A stretch of 64,000 nt of DNA from Sphingobacteriales bacterium (GCA_027486795.1 JAIXOI010000006.1:38406-102405), one strand, 5' to 3'; positions 1-10,325 are shown, counted from the first letter of the stretch. Notes: generated from the letters alone by a model not told the origin. Translations and numbers: made by a program.

Positions 1-1257
1 GTTGCCAACCCTTTGGACGGAGTTGCTTATACTAAAGGTACCGGACTTGGCAATGCTAAGGTGTTTTCACTAGGCTTTTCCTCGGTGGTTAGGGTTAAAG
101 AGGCAACTGCTAGTACCGATTATTACTTTGCAGTGTACGCATACAATGTAACTGGCACTGACTTTACAACCATAAACTACCTGCAAACCAGCCCATTAAC
201 AGCCACTATTCGAAATGCAGGCAATAGCCCTGGCTCGTATTATAATGCTATTGATTTTTCAAGCAGTAATGTGATAGTTGATTTAAAGAATTTGATAAAC
301 CCCCATACTAAAGTTGAATATGCAGATTTTACAAACACCATAGTAAGGGAATTTCACGAGCGCGACACCAGCAACAACCAACATGTAATAAACTGCCAAT
401 ATAGCAACGAATATGTGTTGTATAGTGGCAATTTTGGCTTAGGCACTTATGACTATAGCCGCGAGCACCGAATGGCTTTTTCCTGGATAAACTTTAGCGG
501 TATACAACGTGCTGATTTTGAGTTGACGCCAGAAGGATGTGATATACATGCGCTGGAGCTGGTGAACAATGACGTTAATTTTCAGCGTTCCAATTATCCT
601 TTCAACGATGTGGTTACTTCCGTTTATACTTACCAAGCATTTAAGCAAGGAAAAGATAGTCGAAATAAAGATGCGGCAGATGTTTGGGGGCCAAGGAAAG
701 GTGATGTAGCAAGGGCCTTGTTCTATATGATGATATGTTATAACGGAAAGTATGGCAGAAATTGGGGGCTAAGCAGCCTGCTAAGCGATGCCGACTACCA
801 AGACTTGCAGAAATTGATTGATATGCATTACGCCGACTTGCCTGATGCATTCGAAAAAGCTCGCCATGAGTATGTATATAGCAAGCAAGGCAACCGAAAC
901 CCGTTTATCGATTTTCCGAATTTGGTTGACTGCATTGATTTTAGCGATTTAACCTTGAAGGGCAATTGCAGCCAATATGTTGGGGTTACACAAATTCAGC
1001 AGCAAACTAAGTTTATGCTTTACCCGCAGCCGGCATCAGATTTACTAAACATCTCTTTCGATGCGCCAGTTTCTGAAATGGCTGAGCTAACCATTTTTGA
1101 TTTGAGCGGAAAGTTGGTGGCCATCAGGGTTATCAGCGTAGAGGCCGGTAATCAAAATATACAGTTGAACACTATTGATTTGGTTCAAGGCTGTTACTTA
1201 TTTTCATTGCAAGGCACTGAATTAAGCGCACGCGGTAAGTTTACAGTTGCCAAGTAA
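1..1257 (+). CDS. Secreted endonuclease I family (His-Me finger) nuclease with T9SS C-terminal domain; 5' end probably lies outside the window
   Basis: Motifs REH (SREHRMAFSW), DIHAL..VN..RSNYPF, KGDVARALFYM and QGNRNPFID. FN3-like strand YYFAVYAYN at the N-terminus. CTD LYPQPAS...IFDLSGKLV...GCYLF...KFTVAK. Frame is open to the window edge. Confidence 0.85.
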   Translation, partial: VANPLDGVAYTKGTGLGNAKVFSLGFSSVVRVKEATASTDYYFAVYAYNVTGTDFTTINYLQTSPLTATIRNAGNSPGSYYNAIDFSSSNVIVDLKNLINPHTKVEYADFTNTIVREFHERDTSNNQHVINCQYSNEYVLYSGNFGLGTYDYSREHRMAFSWINFSGIQRADFELTPEGCDIHALELVNNDVNFQRSNYPFNDVVTSVYTYQAFKQGKDSRNKDAADVWGPRKGDVARALFYMMICYNGKYGRNWGLSSLLSDADYQDLQKLIDMHYADLPDAFEKARHEYVYSKQGNRNPFIDFPNLVDCIDFSDLTLKGNCSQYVGVTQIQQQTKFMLYPQPASDLLNISFDAPVSEMAELTIFDLSGKLVAIRVISVEAGNQNIQLNTIDLVQGCYLFSLQGTELSARGKFTVAK

Positions 1258-1338
1258 TATTTTTTAGGGCTTGTTTGCATAGTTTTGGGCTAACAATTCA
1301 TTAACATGTAGTCCATGCTATTTTAGTGTTAAAACTTT

Positions 1339-1346
1339 TACCTTTG
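1339..1346 (+). promoter_or_regulatory. Bacteroidota sigma70 -7 box TACCTTTG
   Basis: Matches TAnnTTTG, 30 bp upstream of the ATG at 1377. Confidence 0.6.
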
Positions 1347-1376
1347 TATCATTATTTAACATAGACCATTCACCAA

Positions 1377-3158
1377 ATGAGAAATTTTACATTGACCATT
1401 TTTTCGATGTTGCTAGCTTTAGGGTTATCGGCACAAAATTGCAGCAACCTATTCATATCTGAATATCTTGAAGGCAGCAGCAATAACAAAGCGATTGAAA
1501 TTTACAACCCTACAGGCGCTGCCGTAAACTTGAGCAACTATAAGCTAATACTGCGTGGTTTTAATAACTTAGGCACATATTTCGCACCAGACACTATGCC
1601 CCTTTCGGGCAGTTTGGGTTCAGGGTCAGTGTACGTTGTAGCAAACGTTAGCTCCAACGCTACCATTGCTAATATTGCTAACGCTCTTACCGATTCAGTT
1701 ATTAACTTTAACGGTGATGATGCTATTGCGCTTTATGATGTTACTCTAGGTCAAGTAATTGATGTTGTTGGTGATTATAGCAATACTACAGCACCCCCAA
1801 CTGGCGGTAAATATACGGTAGGTAGCGGTTCAACGTTAGATTATACTTTGGTGCGCAAGCCTACAGTACAGGCAGGAGAAACTAACTGGACTGCTGGTGC
1901 AAGTCAATGGCTTGTGTTCCCGGTAAATACTACTGCATATTTGGGCGACCATTGCAGTGCTTGTATCGCTGCCACTGATAGCACCGTGCAATTTGAAAGC
2001 ACTACAGGTATTACTTACGTAAGTGCTACTTCAACTGAGGTTGTTGTAAACCTTAACCTTTGTATCAACGCTTCCAATTTCACTGCCGACTTGGTATTGA
2101 AAAGTGGCGATGCGGCTTTGGTTGGTAATTTCACCACCCAAACAGTAACTTTCAACAGCACTGTTACCGATACAGCCACTATTACCGTTTCGGCTAGCTC
2201 TTTAACCGCACAAACTACTTTGGTATTTGCGCTTCGCAACCCATCAAACGGTCTTGATTTGGGCTCGGATAGCTTGTATACACTCACCATTAAACCAGCT
2301 GTGCCTTTAACTATCGCACAAGTGCGTGGTGCCAACACAAATGGCTTGCCAGATTCATTAGGTGTAGTAGCTATTGTAAGAGGTACCGTATTGGGTGTTA
2401 ATTTGCGCTCTAGTGGTCTAAACTTTACCATCAATGACGGCACCGCTGGTATTGGTGTTTTCTCTCCAACAAATGACTTTGGCTATACTGTAAACGAAGG
2501 CGATTCAATTGAAGTTACCGGCGAAGTGAGCCACTTTAATGGTTTGGCTCAAATGTCGTTCGTTACTGATATTACTGTATTGGGTACTGGCAATGTTCCT
2601 GCACCGGTTGTAGTAGTAACTTTGAACGAAGACACTGAGGGTGAATTGATTCAACTTAACGGCTACCGCGCCTTTGGTCAGCCAACTGGCACCAACCCAC
2701 TTACATACGACATTACCAACGGTAATGATACTACCGAAATGGTTGTGTATGCAAGCACTGGTATTTCAACTACCATTCCAGCTACTTTTAATGTAATTGG
2801 TATTGGCCGTCAGTTTGATGCTGGTGGTGGTTCACCTGTTCGTTATACTCGTTTTTACCAAATTGGCCCACGCAAACAATCTGATATTTCTCCTGTAGGT
2901 ATCGAAGAGGTTTACAGTGGTGTATTGGCAGTTTACCCTAACCCTGCCAATAATGTAGTAAACATTTCGTTGGAAGCGAATACTCAAACTGAATCAGTTA
3001 AAGTGTTCGACTTTACTGGTCGTTTGGTTATGGAGCAAGCGGTTAATAATGGTGCTGCATCTATCAAAATGGATATTAGCAGCTTGAGCAATGGCTTGTA
3101 TGTAGTACAAGTAGCTACTGCAAAAGGCATCAGCAGCCACAAAGTGGTTAAGCAATAA
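1377..3158 (+). CDS. T9SS-secreted lamin-tail-domain and OB-fold protein with no recognisable catalytic domain
   Basis: Signal peptide; LTD motif LFISEYLEGSSNNKAIEIYNPTG; OB-fold-like segment TIAQVR..VRGTV..NDGTAGI..GDSIEVTGEV; CTD VYPNPAN..VFDFTGRLV..LSNGLY..KVVKQ. Confidence 0.8.
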   Translation: MRNFTLTIFSMLLALGLSAQNCSNLFISEYLEGSSNNKAIEIYNPTGAAVNLSNYKLILRGFNNLGTYFAPDTMPLSGSLGSGSVYVVANVSSNATIANIANALTDSVINFNGDDAIALYDVTLGQVIDVVGDYSNTTAPPTGGKYTVGSGSTLDYTLVRKPTVQAGETNWTAGASQWLVFPVNTTAYLGDHCSACIAATDSTVQFESTTGITYVSATSTEVVVNLNLCINASNFTADLVLKSGDAALVGNFTTQTVTFNSTVTDTATITVSASSLTAQTTLVFALRNPSNGLDLGSDSLYTLTIKPAVPLTIAQVRGANTNGLPDSLGVVAIVRGTVLGVNLRSSGLNFTINDGTAGIGVFSPTNDFGYTVNEGDSIEVTGEVSHFNGLAQMSFVTDITVLGTGNVPAPVVVVTLNEDTEGELIQLNGYRAFGQPTGTNPLTYDITNGNDTTEMVVYASTGISTTIPATFNVIGIGRQFDAGGGSPVRYTRFYQIGPRKQSDISPVGIEEVYSGVLAVYPNPANNVVNISLEANTQTESVKVFDFTGRLVMEQAVNNGAASIKMDISSLSNGLYVVQVATAKGISSHKVVKQ

Positions 3159-3181
3159 GCTTTACAGAATTGATATAATTG

Positions 3182-3214
3182 GCAGCCATCCTGAAAAGGA
3201 TGGCTGCTTTTTTT
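3182..3214 (+). terminator. Rho-independent terminator
   Basis: GCAGCCATCC-TGAAAA-GGATGGCTGC followed by T7. Confidence 0.9.
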
Positions 3215-3313
3215 GTTGTATGGCAACATTCTTCTTTTTGCTATATTTTCACCATTAAGCTACTTTATAGTAACTTGCTTAATAGTTGTGGCAATTTTAT
3301 TTAAAAGCGCAGT

Positions 3314-5734
3314 ATGTATAGTACCCATCTTCTTAAGTTAGTAGTTGTTGTTTGCCTGTTTTTTACTTCCCAACTTGTTGCCCAGAGCCCCGAGGTGTAT
3401 TCGAGGGTAAGGGTTTATACGCCAGCCAATACCATATCAGAGTTGGCAGCACTAGGCGTTTGTGTTGATCACGGACATTATCGCAAAGGGGCTTACCTAG
3501 AGAGTGATTTTAGCGCAGCTGAAATTGCTAAAATGCAGCAAGCAGGTTTTCAGATGGAAGTGTTGGTTGAAGACGTTGCGGCCTTTTACGAAAAACGTGG
3601 ACAGGAACCTGCTGGAATAGATGCCATAAGCAATAAGGCTGCAGGTTGCGGTACTAGCAGTAACTCAAATTTCCCTACTCCGTTGGGATTTAGTTTGGGT
3701 AGTATGGCAGGCTTTTTTACGTATCAAGAAATGCTGAACCATTTGGATAGCATGGCCAGCCAGTTTCCTGATTTAATAACTGCCCGCCAACCCATTGATA
3801 CCTTTTTGAGCCACTTGGGCAATCCTATCTATTCACTTACCATAACTAGCCCAGCAAACCCTGGCGTAAGCAAGCCGCAGGTGCTTTATACGGCCCTCCA
3901 TCACGCCCGCGAGCCAGCTTCACTGTCGCAATTGATATATTACATGTACTTTTTGCTGGAGAACTATGGCACCGATACTGAAGTAACCTACCTGCTAGAT
4001 AATGCCGAGCTGGTGTTTGTGCCGTGCATAAACCCTGATGGATACCTTCGCAATCAACAAACCAATGCTAATGGCGGTGGCATGTGGCGCAAAAACCGCC
4101 GTAACAATGGCGGCGGCATTTTTGGCGTTGACCTTAACCGAAACTATGGTTACAACTGGGGTTACGATGATAATGGCTCTTCGCCAAGTAACAATAGCGA
4201 TACCTACCGCGGCCCTGGCGGTTTTTCTGAGCCCGAAACACAAGCGATACGCTTTTTGTGTTTGAATAATGATTTTAAGGTAGCCTTAAACCACCACACC
4301 TTTGGCAACTTGCTGGTGTACCCTTGGGGATATGAAGCAGCCTTGTTTACGCCCGACTCGGCCATATTTACCGACCTTGCCAAATGGATGACCAAAGAAA
4401 ACGGATTTGTATATGGCACTGGCGACCAAACTGTAGGCTATACCACTAATGGAGATAGCGACGATTGGATGTATGGCGAACAGGTGTTGAAGGGTAAAAC
4501 GTTGTCGTTAACTCCGGAGTCGGGCGATGATAATGATGGCTTCTGGCCTGCTCAAAACCGTATTATTCCAGTGTGCGCTAGCAACGTGTTTCAAAACATT
4601 ACTGCTGCTCGTTTTGTGCTCAATTATGGGGTAGCTACTGATTTAAGCCCGAGTTTATTGACTGCAAGCAGCGGTGTTATAAATGTGGCGCTCACCCGTA
4701 TGAGCTTAGATGCTACAGCGCCCTTAACGGTAAGTTTAGAGCCTTTGAGCTCGAATATTGTAGCATTTAGTGCCGCACAACTGGTGACCAGTTTGGCAAG
4801 CTTTGATAGCGATACCTTAAACTTTACCTACACGTTGGCTGCTAATACCCAATTAGGCGATGCCGTACAGTTCCGTTTGTTGGTGAACAATGGTGTGGTA
4901 ACAACTGCTGATACCATTAATAAAATATTGGGCCCTGCTGTGCAAACCTTTGCCGATTCGGCAATAACAGCCTCTTTATGGACCGGCAGTGGATGGAATA
5001 CAACCCCCAATAGCTTTATTTCGGCACCTTTCTCGTTTACTGATTCTCCAAACGGCGATTATCAGCCTAGTACAAATAGTAATTATACCCTTGATACGTT
5101 GATTGATTTGAGCGACGTTACCTTCGCACAATTGAAATTTTATGCTCAGTGGGAAGTTGAGCTAGGCTATGACTATGCCCAAGTGCAGGCTAGGGTGCCG
5201 GGGGGTGCGTGGCAAGCGCTTTGTGGTAAGTATACTAAGCCAGGCAGCGGTAACCAAGATCAGGGCCAACCCTTGTATGATGGCAATAGCAATGGCTGGG
5301 TGAAAGAGGAAATTGACCTAGGCACTTTTGTGGGTGACACAATTCAGGTACGTTTCCGTTTGATAAGTGATAACTTCGTAGAAGGCGATGGTTTTTATTT
5401 TGACGACTTAGAGGTACTTGCTTTAACAGCCACTGTGGTTGACACTACCGATTCGCTCACTGCAGTTGCTCCCATTCAGTTACAACCTTCTCTTGCCATG
5501 TATCCAAACCCTGCGCAAGATAAAGTTGCATTTACATTTGCTGCGGCCAATGCTAATGACCAGATCGTGGTATTGAATATGTTGGGTGAAACAGCTTTAG
5601 AGGCAAAGTTAGTTGAAGGCGCTTATACTACCTCTATTTCGGTAGCAGATTTGCCAGCGGGTATTTATTTGGTTCATTATTATACCTCAGATGGACGTGG
5701 CAGCGCGGCTCGGAAGTTGGTAATCAGTAGGTGA
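3314..5734 (+). CDS. M14 zinc carboxypeptidase (carboxypeptidase T-like) with beta-sandwich domain and T9SS CTD
   Basis: HHARE zinc motif, WRKNRR, GVDLNRN, YRGPGGFSEPETQA, NHHTFG; CTD MYPNPAQ...LPAGIY...RKLVISR. Confidence 0.9.
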   Translation: MYSTHLLKLVVVVCLFFTSQLVAQSPEVYSRVRVYTPANTISELAALGVCVDHGHYRKGAYLESDFSAAEIAKMQQAGFQMEVLVEDVAAFYEKRGQEPAGIDAISNKAAGCGTSSNSNFPTPLGFSLGSMAGFFTYQEMLNHLDSMASQFPDLITARQPIDTFLSHLGNPIYSLTITSPANPGVSKPQVLYTALHHAREPASLSQLIYYMYFLLENYGTDTEVTYLLDNAELVFVPCINPDGYLRNQQTNANGGGMWRKNRRNNGGGIFGVDLNRNYGYNWGYDDNGSSPSNNSDTYRGPGGFSEPETQAIRFLCLNNDFKVALNHHTFGNLLVYPWGYEAALFTPDSAIFTDLAKWMTKENGFVYGTGDQTVGYTTNGDSDDWMYGEQVLKGKTLSLTPESGDDNDGFWPAQNRIIPVCASNVFQNITAARFVLNYGVATDLSPSLLTASSGVINVALTRMSLDATAPLTVSLEPLSSNIVAFSAAQLVTSLASFDSDTLNFTYTLAANTQLGDAVQFRLLVNNGVVTTADTINKILGPAVQTFADSAITASLWTGSGWNTTPNSFISAPFSFTDSPNGDYQPSTNSNYTLDTLIDLSDVTFAQLKFYAQWEVELGYDYAQVQARVPGGAWQALCGKYTKPGSGNQDQGQPLYDGNSNGWVKEEIDLGTFVGDTIQVRFRLISDNFVEGDGFYFDDLEVLALTATVVDTTDSLTAVAPIQLQPSLAMYPNPAQDKVAFTFAAANANDQIVVLNMLGETALEAKLVEGAYTTSISVADLPAGIYLVHYYTSDGRGSAARKLVISR

Positions 5735-6136
5735 TCAACCCCACTTATATAGGCCAAATGCTATCATAAACGATACCACCCAACCAACAATTAGCAGCGT
5801 GTTTTTAAACCAATAGTTCTCTACGACAATAGCATTTTGAGGATTGCTAGGCAAAAACTTGATTAGCACAGAATCGCCAATACCATAGCTATTCTTACTA
5901 TTATCGGCATCGCAGCTACCTATGTATAGTTGATTTTTATAGTGATAATGATAATACACTACTACTTTTTTAGCGCTCCTATGGCGTGGTACTGGAACCA
6001 CTTTCTCTGCAACATCTTGAGCTTTAGCATAAGTAAATTCTCCACTGTAGTAGGTAATTAGACTTCCTATGAGTAGATACGACAACAGGAGAAAGCATGA
6101 TGCCCCTATAGTAATCATAATAGGTTTAGCGGTCAT
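5735..6136 (-). CDS. Membrane protein, DUF3592-like
   Basis: TM helix, then a beta-rich domain (YHY..Y...IGDSVLIKFLPSNPQNA), then a second TM helix. Confidence 0.6.
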   Translation of the reverse strand: MTAKPIMITIGASCFLLLSYLLIGSLITYYSGEFTYAKAQDVAEKVVPVPRHRSAKKVVVYYHYHYKNQLYIGSCDADNSKNSYGIGDSVLIKFLPSNPQNAIVVENYWFKNTLLIVGWVVSFMIAFGLYKWG

Positions 6137-6176
6137 ACTGCAAAAATAGTGGAATTACGCTTTAACTAATTGACTA

Positions 6177-7112
6177 TTACAATATTGCCTTAACAATTGT
6201 CCTCAAACTTAAGCTAATAACTAGCAATCCCACTATTATCATTAAAGTGCGGGCAGGTATGCGCTTAACCAATAATGCTGCAAATGGTGCGGCAAACACA
6301 CCACCTAATACTAGGCCAATGATGATGGGTAAGTTGCCTAAACCCATAAAGAAGGTAAATGTACCGGCCCCGGCAAGCGCTATAAAGAACTCTGCGGTAT
6401 TTACCGAGCCAATGCTATAGCGCACATCGTAGCCGCGGCTTATTAGGGTGCTATTTACCACTGGGCCCCAACCGCCACCACCTACCGCATCTACAAAACC
6501 GCCAAGCAGCGCTAATGGCTCAACGCGGCCATGATCGTTGGTGTGGTTTACTTTTTTTAATGCCTTGCGAATAATAACAATTCCCATAAGCAGCAAGTAG
6601 GCGGCTATATAGGGTTTTACAGCATCGCCATCTATAATTTCTGAAAGTAGATAAGCACCAGTCACAGCGCCTATTACCCCTGGTACAATTAAGCTCAAAA
6701 ATAGCTTGCGTTTTACATTGCCCAACTGCCAGTGCGAGATGCCCGAAACACCAGTGGTAAAAACTTCTGCAACGTGTACAGCGGCGCTGGCAGCTGCCGG
6801 TGAAACGCCCAAGCTAAGTAAAAAGCTGGTGGAACTTACCCCATAGGCCATACCCAGTGCCCCATCAATTACTTGGGCTAAAAAACCCACCAACACAAAA
6901 AGCCAAAAGTTGGTACTGCCTAAAAGTGTTGGTATTTCTGACCATAACTGCAAGGCTTTTTCGGGTGCAAAAACGCGAAGCGCTATAATGCCCAGACCCA
7001 ACAACAAGGCTACAGGCAGCGCTATAGAAAGCGCTTTCTTTACCTTTGGCCAGCGTATGGCTACTTCTTTTTCAATATCGTTTTGGAGGGTCATATCTTG
7101 TGGAGGGGTCAT
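6177..7112 (-). CDS. Sulfite exporter TauE/SafE family transporter
   Basis: AQVIDGALGMAYGV, ASAAVHVAEVFTTG, GGFVDAVGGGGWGP, IGSVNTAEFF; multiple TM helices. Confidence 0.9.
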   Translation of the reverse strand: MTPPQDMTLQNDIEKEVAIRWPKVKKALSIALPVALLLGLGIIALRVFAPEKALQLWSEIPTLLGSTNFWLFVLVGFLAQVIDGALGMAYGVSSTSFLLSLGVSPAAASAAVHVAEVFTTGVSGISHWQLGNVKRKLFLSLIVPGVIGAVTGAYLLSEIIDGDAVKPYIAAYLLLMGIVIIRKALKKVNHTNDHGRVEPLALLGGFVDAVGGGGWGPVVNSTLISRGYDVRYSIGSVNTAEFFIALAGAGTFTFFMGLGNLPIIIGLVLGGVFAAPFAALLVKRIPARTLMIIVGLLVISLSLRTIVKAIL

Positions 7113-7888
7113 TTGGGGTTGTCAGGTTTCGCGGACTTTTTGCTAAAATCAAGTTTGGCTTGTAACCCGGTGGTAAATATGTGCCTATTATAAAAGCCTT
7201 GACTTCCCGAGCGTTGTTGATACCAATTGATGTATCCTACATCAACCGATAGGTTGTTGGTTATAAAGTATTGCAAAAAAGCCATGGCCCGGTTTTGGTC
7301 AAAGGGTTGGCCTTTAACACTTTGGCCAGCTTGTAGGTGTATCTCGTCGCCCACGCGCAGTACCCAATCGCCCTTGGGTTTATCTTCATTGCGGTTGAGC
7401 AATTTAATGTCTACAAACATGCGGTATCGAAACCTGAACACAAAGCGGTGCCCTTCTATCAGCTCGGTTTTGGTGGCATTTCTAAAAAAGCGCTCTTCTA
7501 TTTGAAACCGCTGTACCAGTGCTACTTTGCCATAGTCTTGATGATGGATAAAACCATGCTGCAGCCGGTGTTCAGGCACCACTAAATTTGTAGTAGATTC
7601 TGGGTCGTTGGGGCTTTGCAAAAAGGAAGTGTAGCCACTAAAGGCTGTCCAATGGTGTTTTAGCTCGTAAAACACATTGCTGCGCAACACAAGCTGGTGC
7701 TGGGCCGCCGGCACTGCATAATACCGCTCGTTAATTTCTAGGCTAATTCTAAACTTGCGGGGTAGCTTGGCCGTAACATCAAAACGATGCCAAATAAGGT
7801 TTTGGGTGGTTACTTGAGAGATAACGCTATTACTCATAAATATGAATAATAGTAGCAATGCAATCTGAATTTTTGTTGCGAGTTTCAT
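7109..7888 (-). CDS. DUF2490 family outer-membrane beta-barrel protein
   Basis: Signal peptide from ATG 7888 (MKLATKIQ); EHRLQH, QRFQIEERF, RFRYR, DEI, FDQNR motifs. Start moved from 7951 because a promoter lies at 7897-7904. Confidence 0.8.
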   Translation of the reverse strand: MKLATKIQIALLLLFIFMSNSVISQVTTQNLIWHRFDVTAKLPRKFRISLEINERYYAVPAAQHQLVLRSNVFYELKHHWTAFSGYTSFLQSPNDPESTTNLVVPEHRLQHGFIHHQDYGKVALVQRFQIEERFFRNATKTELIEGHRFVFRFRYRMFVDIKLLNRNEDKPKGDWVLRVGDEIHLQAGQSVKGQPFDQNRAMAFLQYFITNNLSVDVGYINWYQQRSGSQGFYNRHIFTTGLQAKLDFSKKSAKPDNPK

Positions 7889-7896
7889 TAGCCTAG

Positions 7897-7929
7897 CAAA
7901 GGTATAAAAGTCTATCGGATGTATAGAGT
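7897..7929 (-). promoter_or_regulatory. -7 box TACCTTTG plus putative Rrf2 operator TCTAT-N7-ATAGA
   Basis: CAAAGGTA at 7897-7904 on + strand; palindrome AAGTCTATCGGATGTATAGAGT at 7908-7929, next to the Rrf2 gene. Confidence 0.55.
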
Positions 7930-8043
7930 ATAGTCTCAAATATTTTATCAATCACAAAAATGCCTTTTGCTAAAAGTATCTTTAGTGACTATGGTTACAC
8001 GTTCTGAGAAAGGAGATTTGATAGAGCCTAAAACGACTGTTAC

Positions 8044-8481
8044 TTACTCTTCTTTGTAGGTAGAATTTTCCGAGGCCAACACAGTAGCAAGAGTAGAGTC
8101 TTTAAGAATACGCACGGTTTCATCTCGTACTTGTTGCATTACCCGTCTTATGCCGCAGGTTAGCTCATCGGTACATTCTTCGCAGCGTTCGTAATATTTG
8201 TAGGTTACGCAAGGCAGCAAAGCCAACGCACCGTCAAACAAACGAAGCACATCGGCCATGTTTACTTCTTCCGGTTTTTTAATTAGGTAGTAGCCACCGC
8301 CTTTGCCTTTTTTGCTGTTGAGAATTCCCGCACGTTTTAAGTCTAACAAAATAGCTTCGAGGAATTTTTGGGGTATGTGCCCTTCTTTCGAAATTTCACT
8401 AATAAGTATGGGTCCCTTCTCGCGGTCGCGAGCGAGTTTTACTAGCGCATGGATGGCATATTTAGCCTTCTTAGATATCAC
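8044..8481 (-). CDS. Rrf2 family transcriptional regulator (CymR/IscR-like)
   Basis: MISKKAKYA, IPQKFLEAILLDLK, SKKGKGGGYYL; Cys cluster CV..RCEEC.....C. Confidence 0.92.
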   Translation of the reverse strand: MISKKAKYAIHALVKLARDREKGPILISEISKEGHIPQKFLEAILLDLKRAGILNSKKGKGGGYYLIKKPEEVNMADVLRLFDGALALLPCVTYKYYERCEECTDELTCGIRRVMQQVRDETVRILKDSTLATVLASENSTYKEE

Positions 8482-8522
8482 AATGCTAATTTACGAAATA
8501 CTGAACAGAGCTACTAATAACT

Positions 8523-9506
8523 TTATTTGGTAAGGCTATCAACAAAGCGCCAAGCGGCCACATAGGCGTTAATAGTGCCATTCTTTACTTGTTCCTCTAG
8601 CTGTTGAAGTTGCATTTGGTATTGGCTATTGCGGTACAACCGTTCCTTGAGCAATTGGTTAAGGTGTTCCTGAAACCAAAACAGCTCTTGCTGTTTGCGT
8701 TTATTCAGCCAATAGCCGTTGCCCTGCATTTGCGAAGCATAGGCACTTATAGTTTGCCAAATATCGGCTACACCATCGCCAGTTATGGCTGAGCAAGTAG
8801 CCACTTGCGGAATCCAGGTGCTGTTGCTCGGCGGAAAAAGGTGAAGTGCGTTTTTGTAATCACCTGCGGCACGTTTGGCAGCAGCAATATTGTCGCCATC
8901 GGCTTTATTAATCACCAGTGCATCGGCCATTTCCATAATACCCCGTTTCATGCCTTGTAGCTCATCACCAGCACCGGCAAGCATTAGCAACAAAAAGAAA
9001 TCAACCATCTCGCTCACTTGCGTTTCTGATTGCCCCACGCCAACGGTTTCAATGATGATTGTGTCAAATCCAGCGGCTTCGCAAATCAAAATAGTTTCGC
9101 GGGTTTTACCCGCAACACCACCCAATGCACCAGCAGAAGGGGAGGGACGTATGAAAGCCTCGGGTGCCACCGATAGGCGCTGCATCCGAGTTTTATCGCC
9201 TAATATACTGCCCTTGGTTAGTTTGCTGCTAGGGTCAATTGCCAGCACTGCTGGTTTGCACCTTAAGCTAATAAGGTGCATGCCAAAAGCATCGATAAAA
9301 GTACTTTTACCCGCACCAGGCACCCCTGTAATGCCAATGCGTATAGCATTGCCAGTAAATGGTAATATGGCCTGAATAAGCTCTTGCGCCTGTGCTTGGT
9401 GTTCGGGTTTTGTGCTTTCTACCAATGTAATGGCGCGGCCAAGCATGGTTCTGTTGCCCATGCGCAGACCTTTTACCAGTGCATCGATGCTAGAGGATGG
9501 TTGCAT
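8523..9506 (-). CDS. meaB: Methylmalonyl-CoA mutase-associated GTPase MeaB
   Basis: GITGVPGAGKST, AIDPSS, GSILGDKTRM, ETVGVGQSE, GDELQGMKRGIME, NKAD. Confidence 0.95.
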   Translation of the reverse strand: MQPSSSIDALVKGLRMGNRTMLGRAITLVESTKPEHQAQAQELIQAILPFTGNAIRIGITGVPGAGKSTFIDAFGMHLISLRCKPAVLAIDPSSKLTKGSILGDKTRMQRLSVAPEAFIRPSPSAGALGGVAGKTRETILICEAAGFDTIIIETVGVGQSETQVSEMVDFFLLLMLAGAGDELQGMKRGIMEMADALVINKADGDNIAAAKRAAGDYKNALHLFPPSNSTWIPQVATCSAITGDGVADIWQTISAYASQMQGNGYWLNKRKQQELFWFQEHLNQLLKERLYRNSQYQMQLQQLEEQVKNGTINAYVAAWRFVDSLTK

Positions 9507-9748
9507 TTATTGCTAATGTAGTAACTACAAACTACTAATTTAAGCTCGTGTGGTATAAAAGATCTAAAACGGGAAATTTATAAACTGTTTAGTAGCAAAA
9601 ATGGCAAACACTTGTAAAATTTAGTGCTCTGAAACTAAATGATATCCTTGGATATAAAAGAAATACTTGGCCAGTAAAAGTGGAGGCTTACTTAGTATTC
9701 GGCTTTTTTGGTTATTTTTGCCTTTTAGATTAACCCAACAAAGTAATA

Positions 9749-10315
9749 ATGCTAAATATTATCCTCTTCGGCCCTCCGGGTAGCGGCAAGGGAACGCAAG
9801 CGACTAATTTGATTGAGAAGTATGGTTTGCTGCATATTTCTACTGGCGATTTGTTGCGCCATGAGATTAAAGACGAGACTCCTCTGGGCCTTGAAGCCAA
9901 GAATTTTATCGATAAGGGCCTATTGGTGCCCGATGATGTTGTTATTGGCATGATAAGCGCTAAGTTGGATTCGAATTCGAATGCTAAAGGTGTTATTTTC
10001 GATGGCTTTCCGCGCACTATTGCTCAGGCCGAAGCGTTGGATAGATTGTTGGAATTTAAAAAAGCCCCAATCAATATCATGCTGGCTTTGCATGTTAACG
10101 ATGATGCGCTTGCAGAACGTTTGTTGAAGCGTGGTGCAACAAGCGGCCGCACCGATGACCAAGACCCTGCTATTATTCGTCGCCGAATTGAGGTTTATAA
10201 AAATGAAACTTCACCAGTTGCAAATTACTACGGCACGCAAGGTAAATTGGTAAACATACCTGGCGAAGGCACTATTGAAGATACATTTGCCCTTTTGGTG
10301 AAGGAATTGGAGTAA
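9749..10315 (+). CDS. adk: Adenylate kinase (short LID)
   Basis: GPPGSGKGTQ, HISTGDLLR, DGFPRT; -7 box TATTTTTG at 9713-9720. Confidence 0.97.
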   Translation: MLNIILFGPPGSGKGTQATNLIEKYGLLHISTGDLLRHEIKDETPLGLEAKNFIDKGLLVPDDVVIGMISAKLDSNSNAKGVIFDGFPRTIAQAEALDRLLEFKKAPINIMLALHVNDDALAERLLKRGATSGRTDDQDPAIIRRRIEVYKNETSPVANYYGTQGKLVNIPGEGTIEDTFALLVKELE

Positions 10316-10325
10316 GTTGCCTAAT

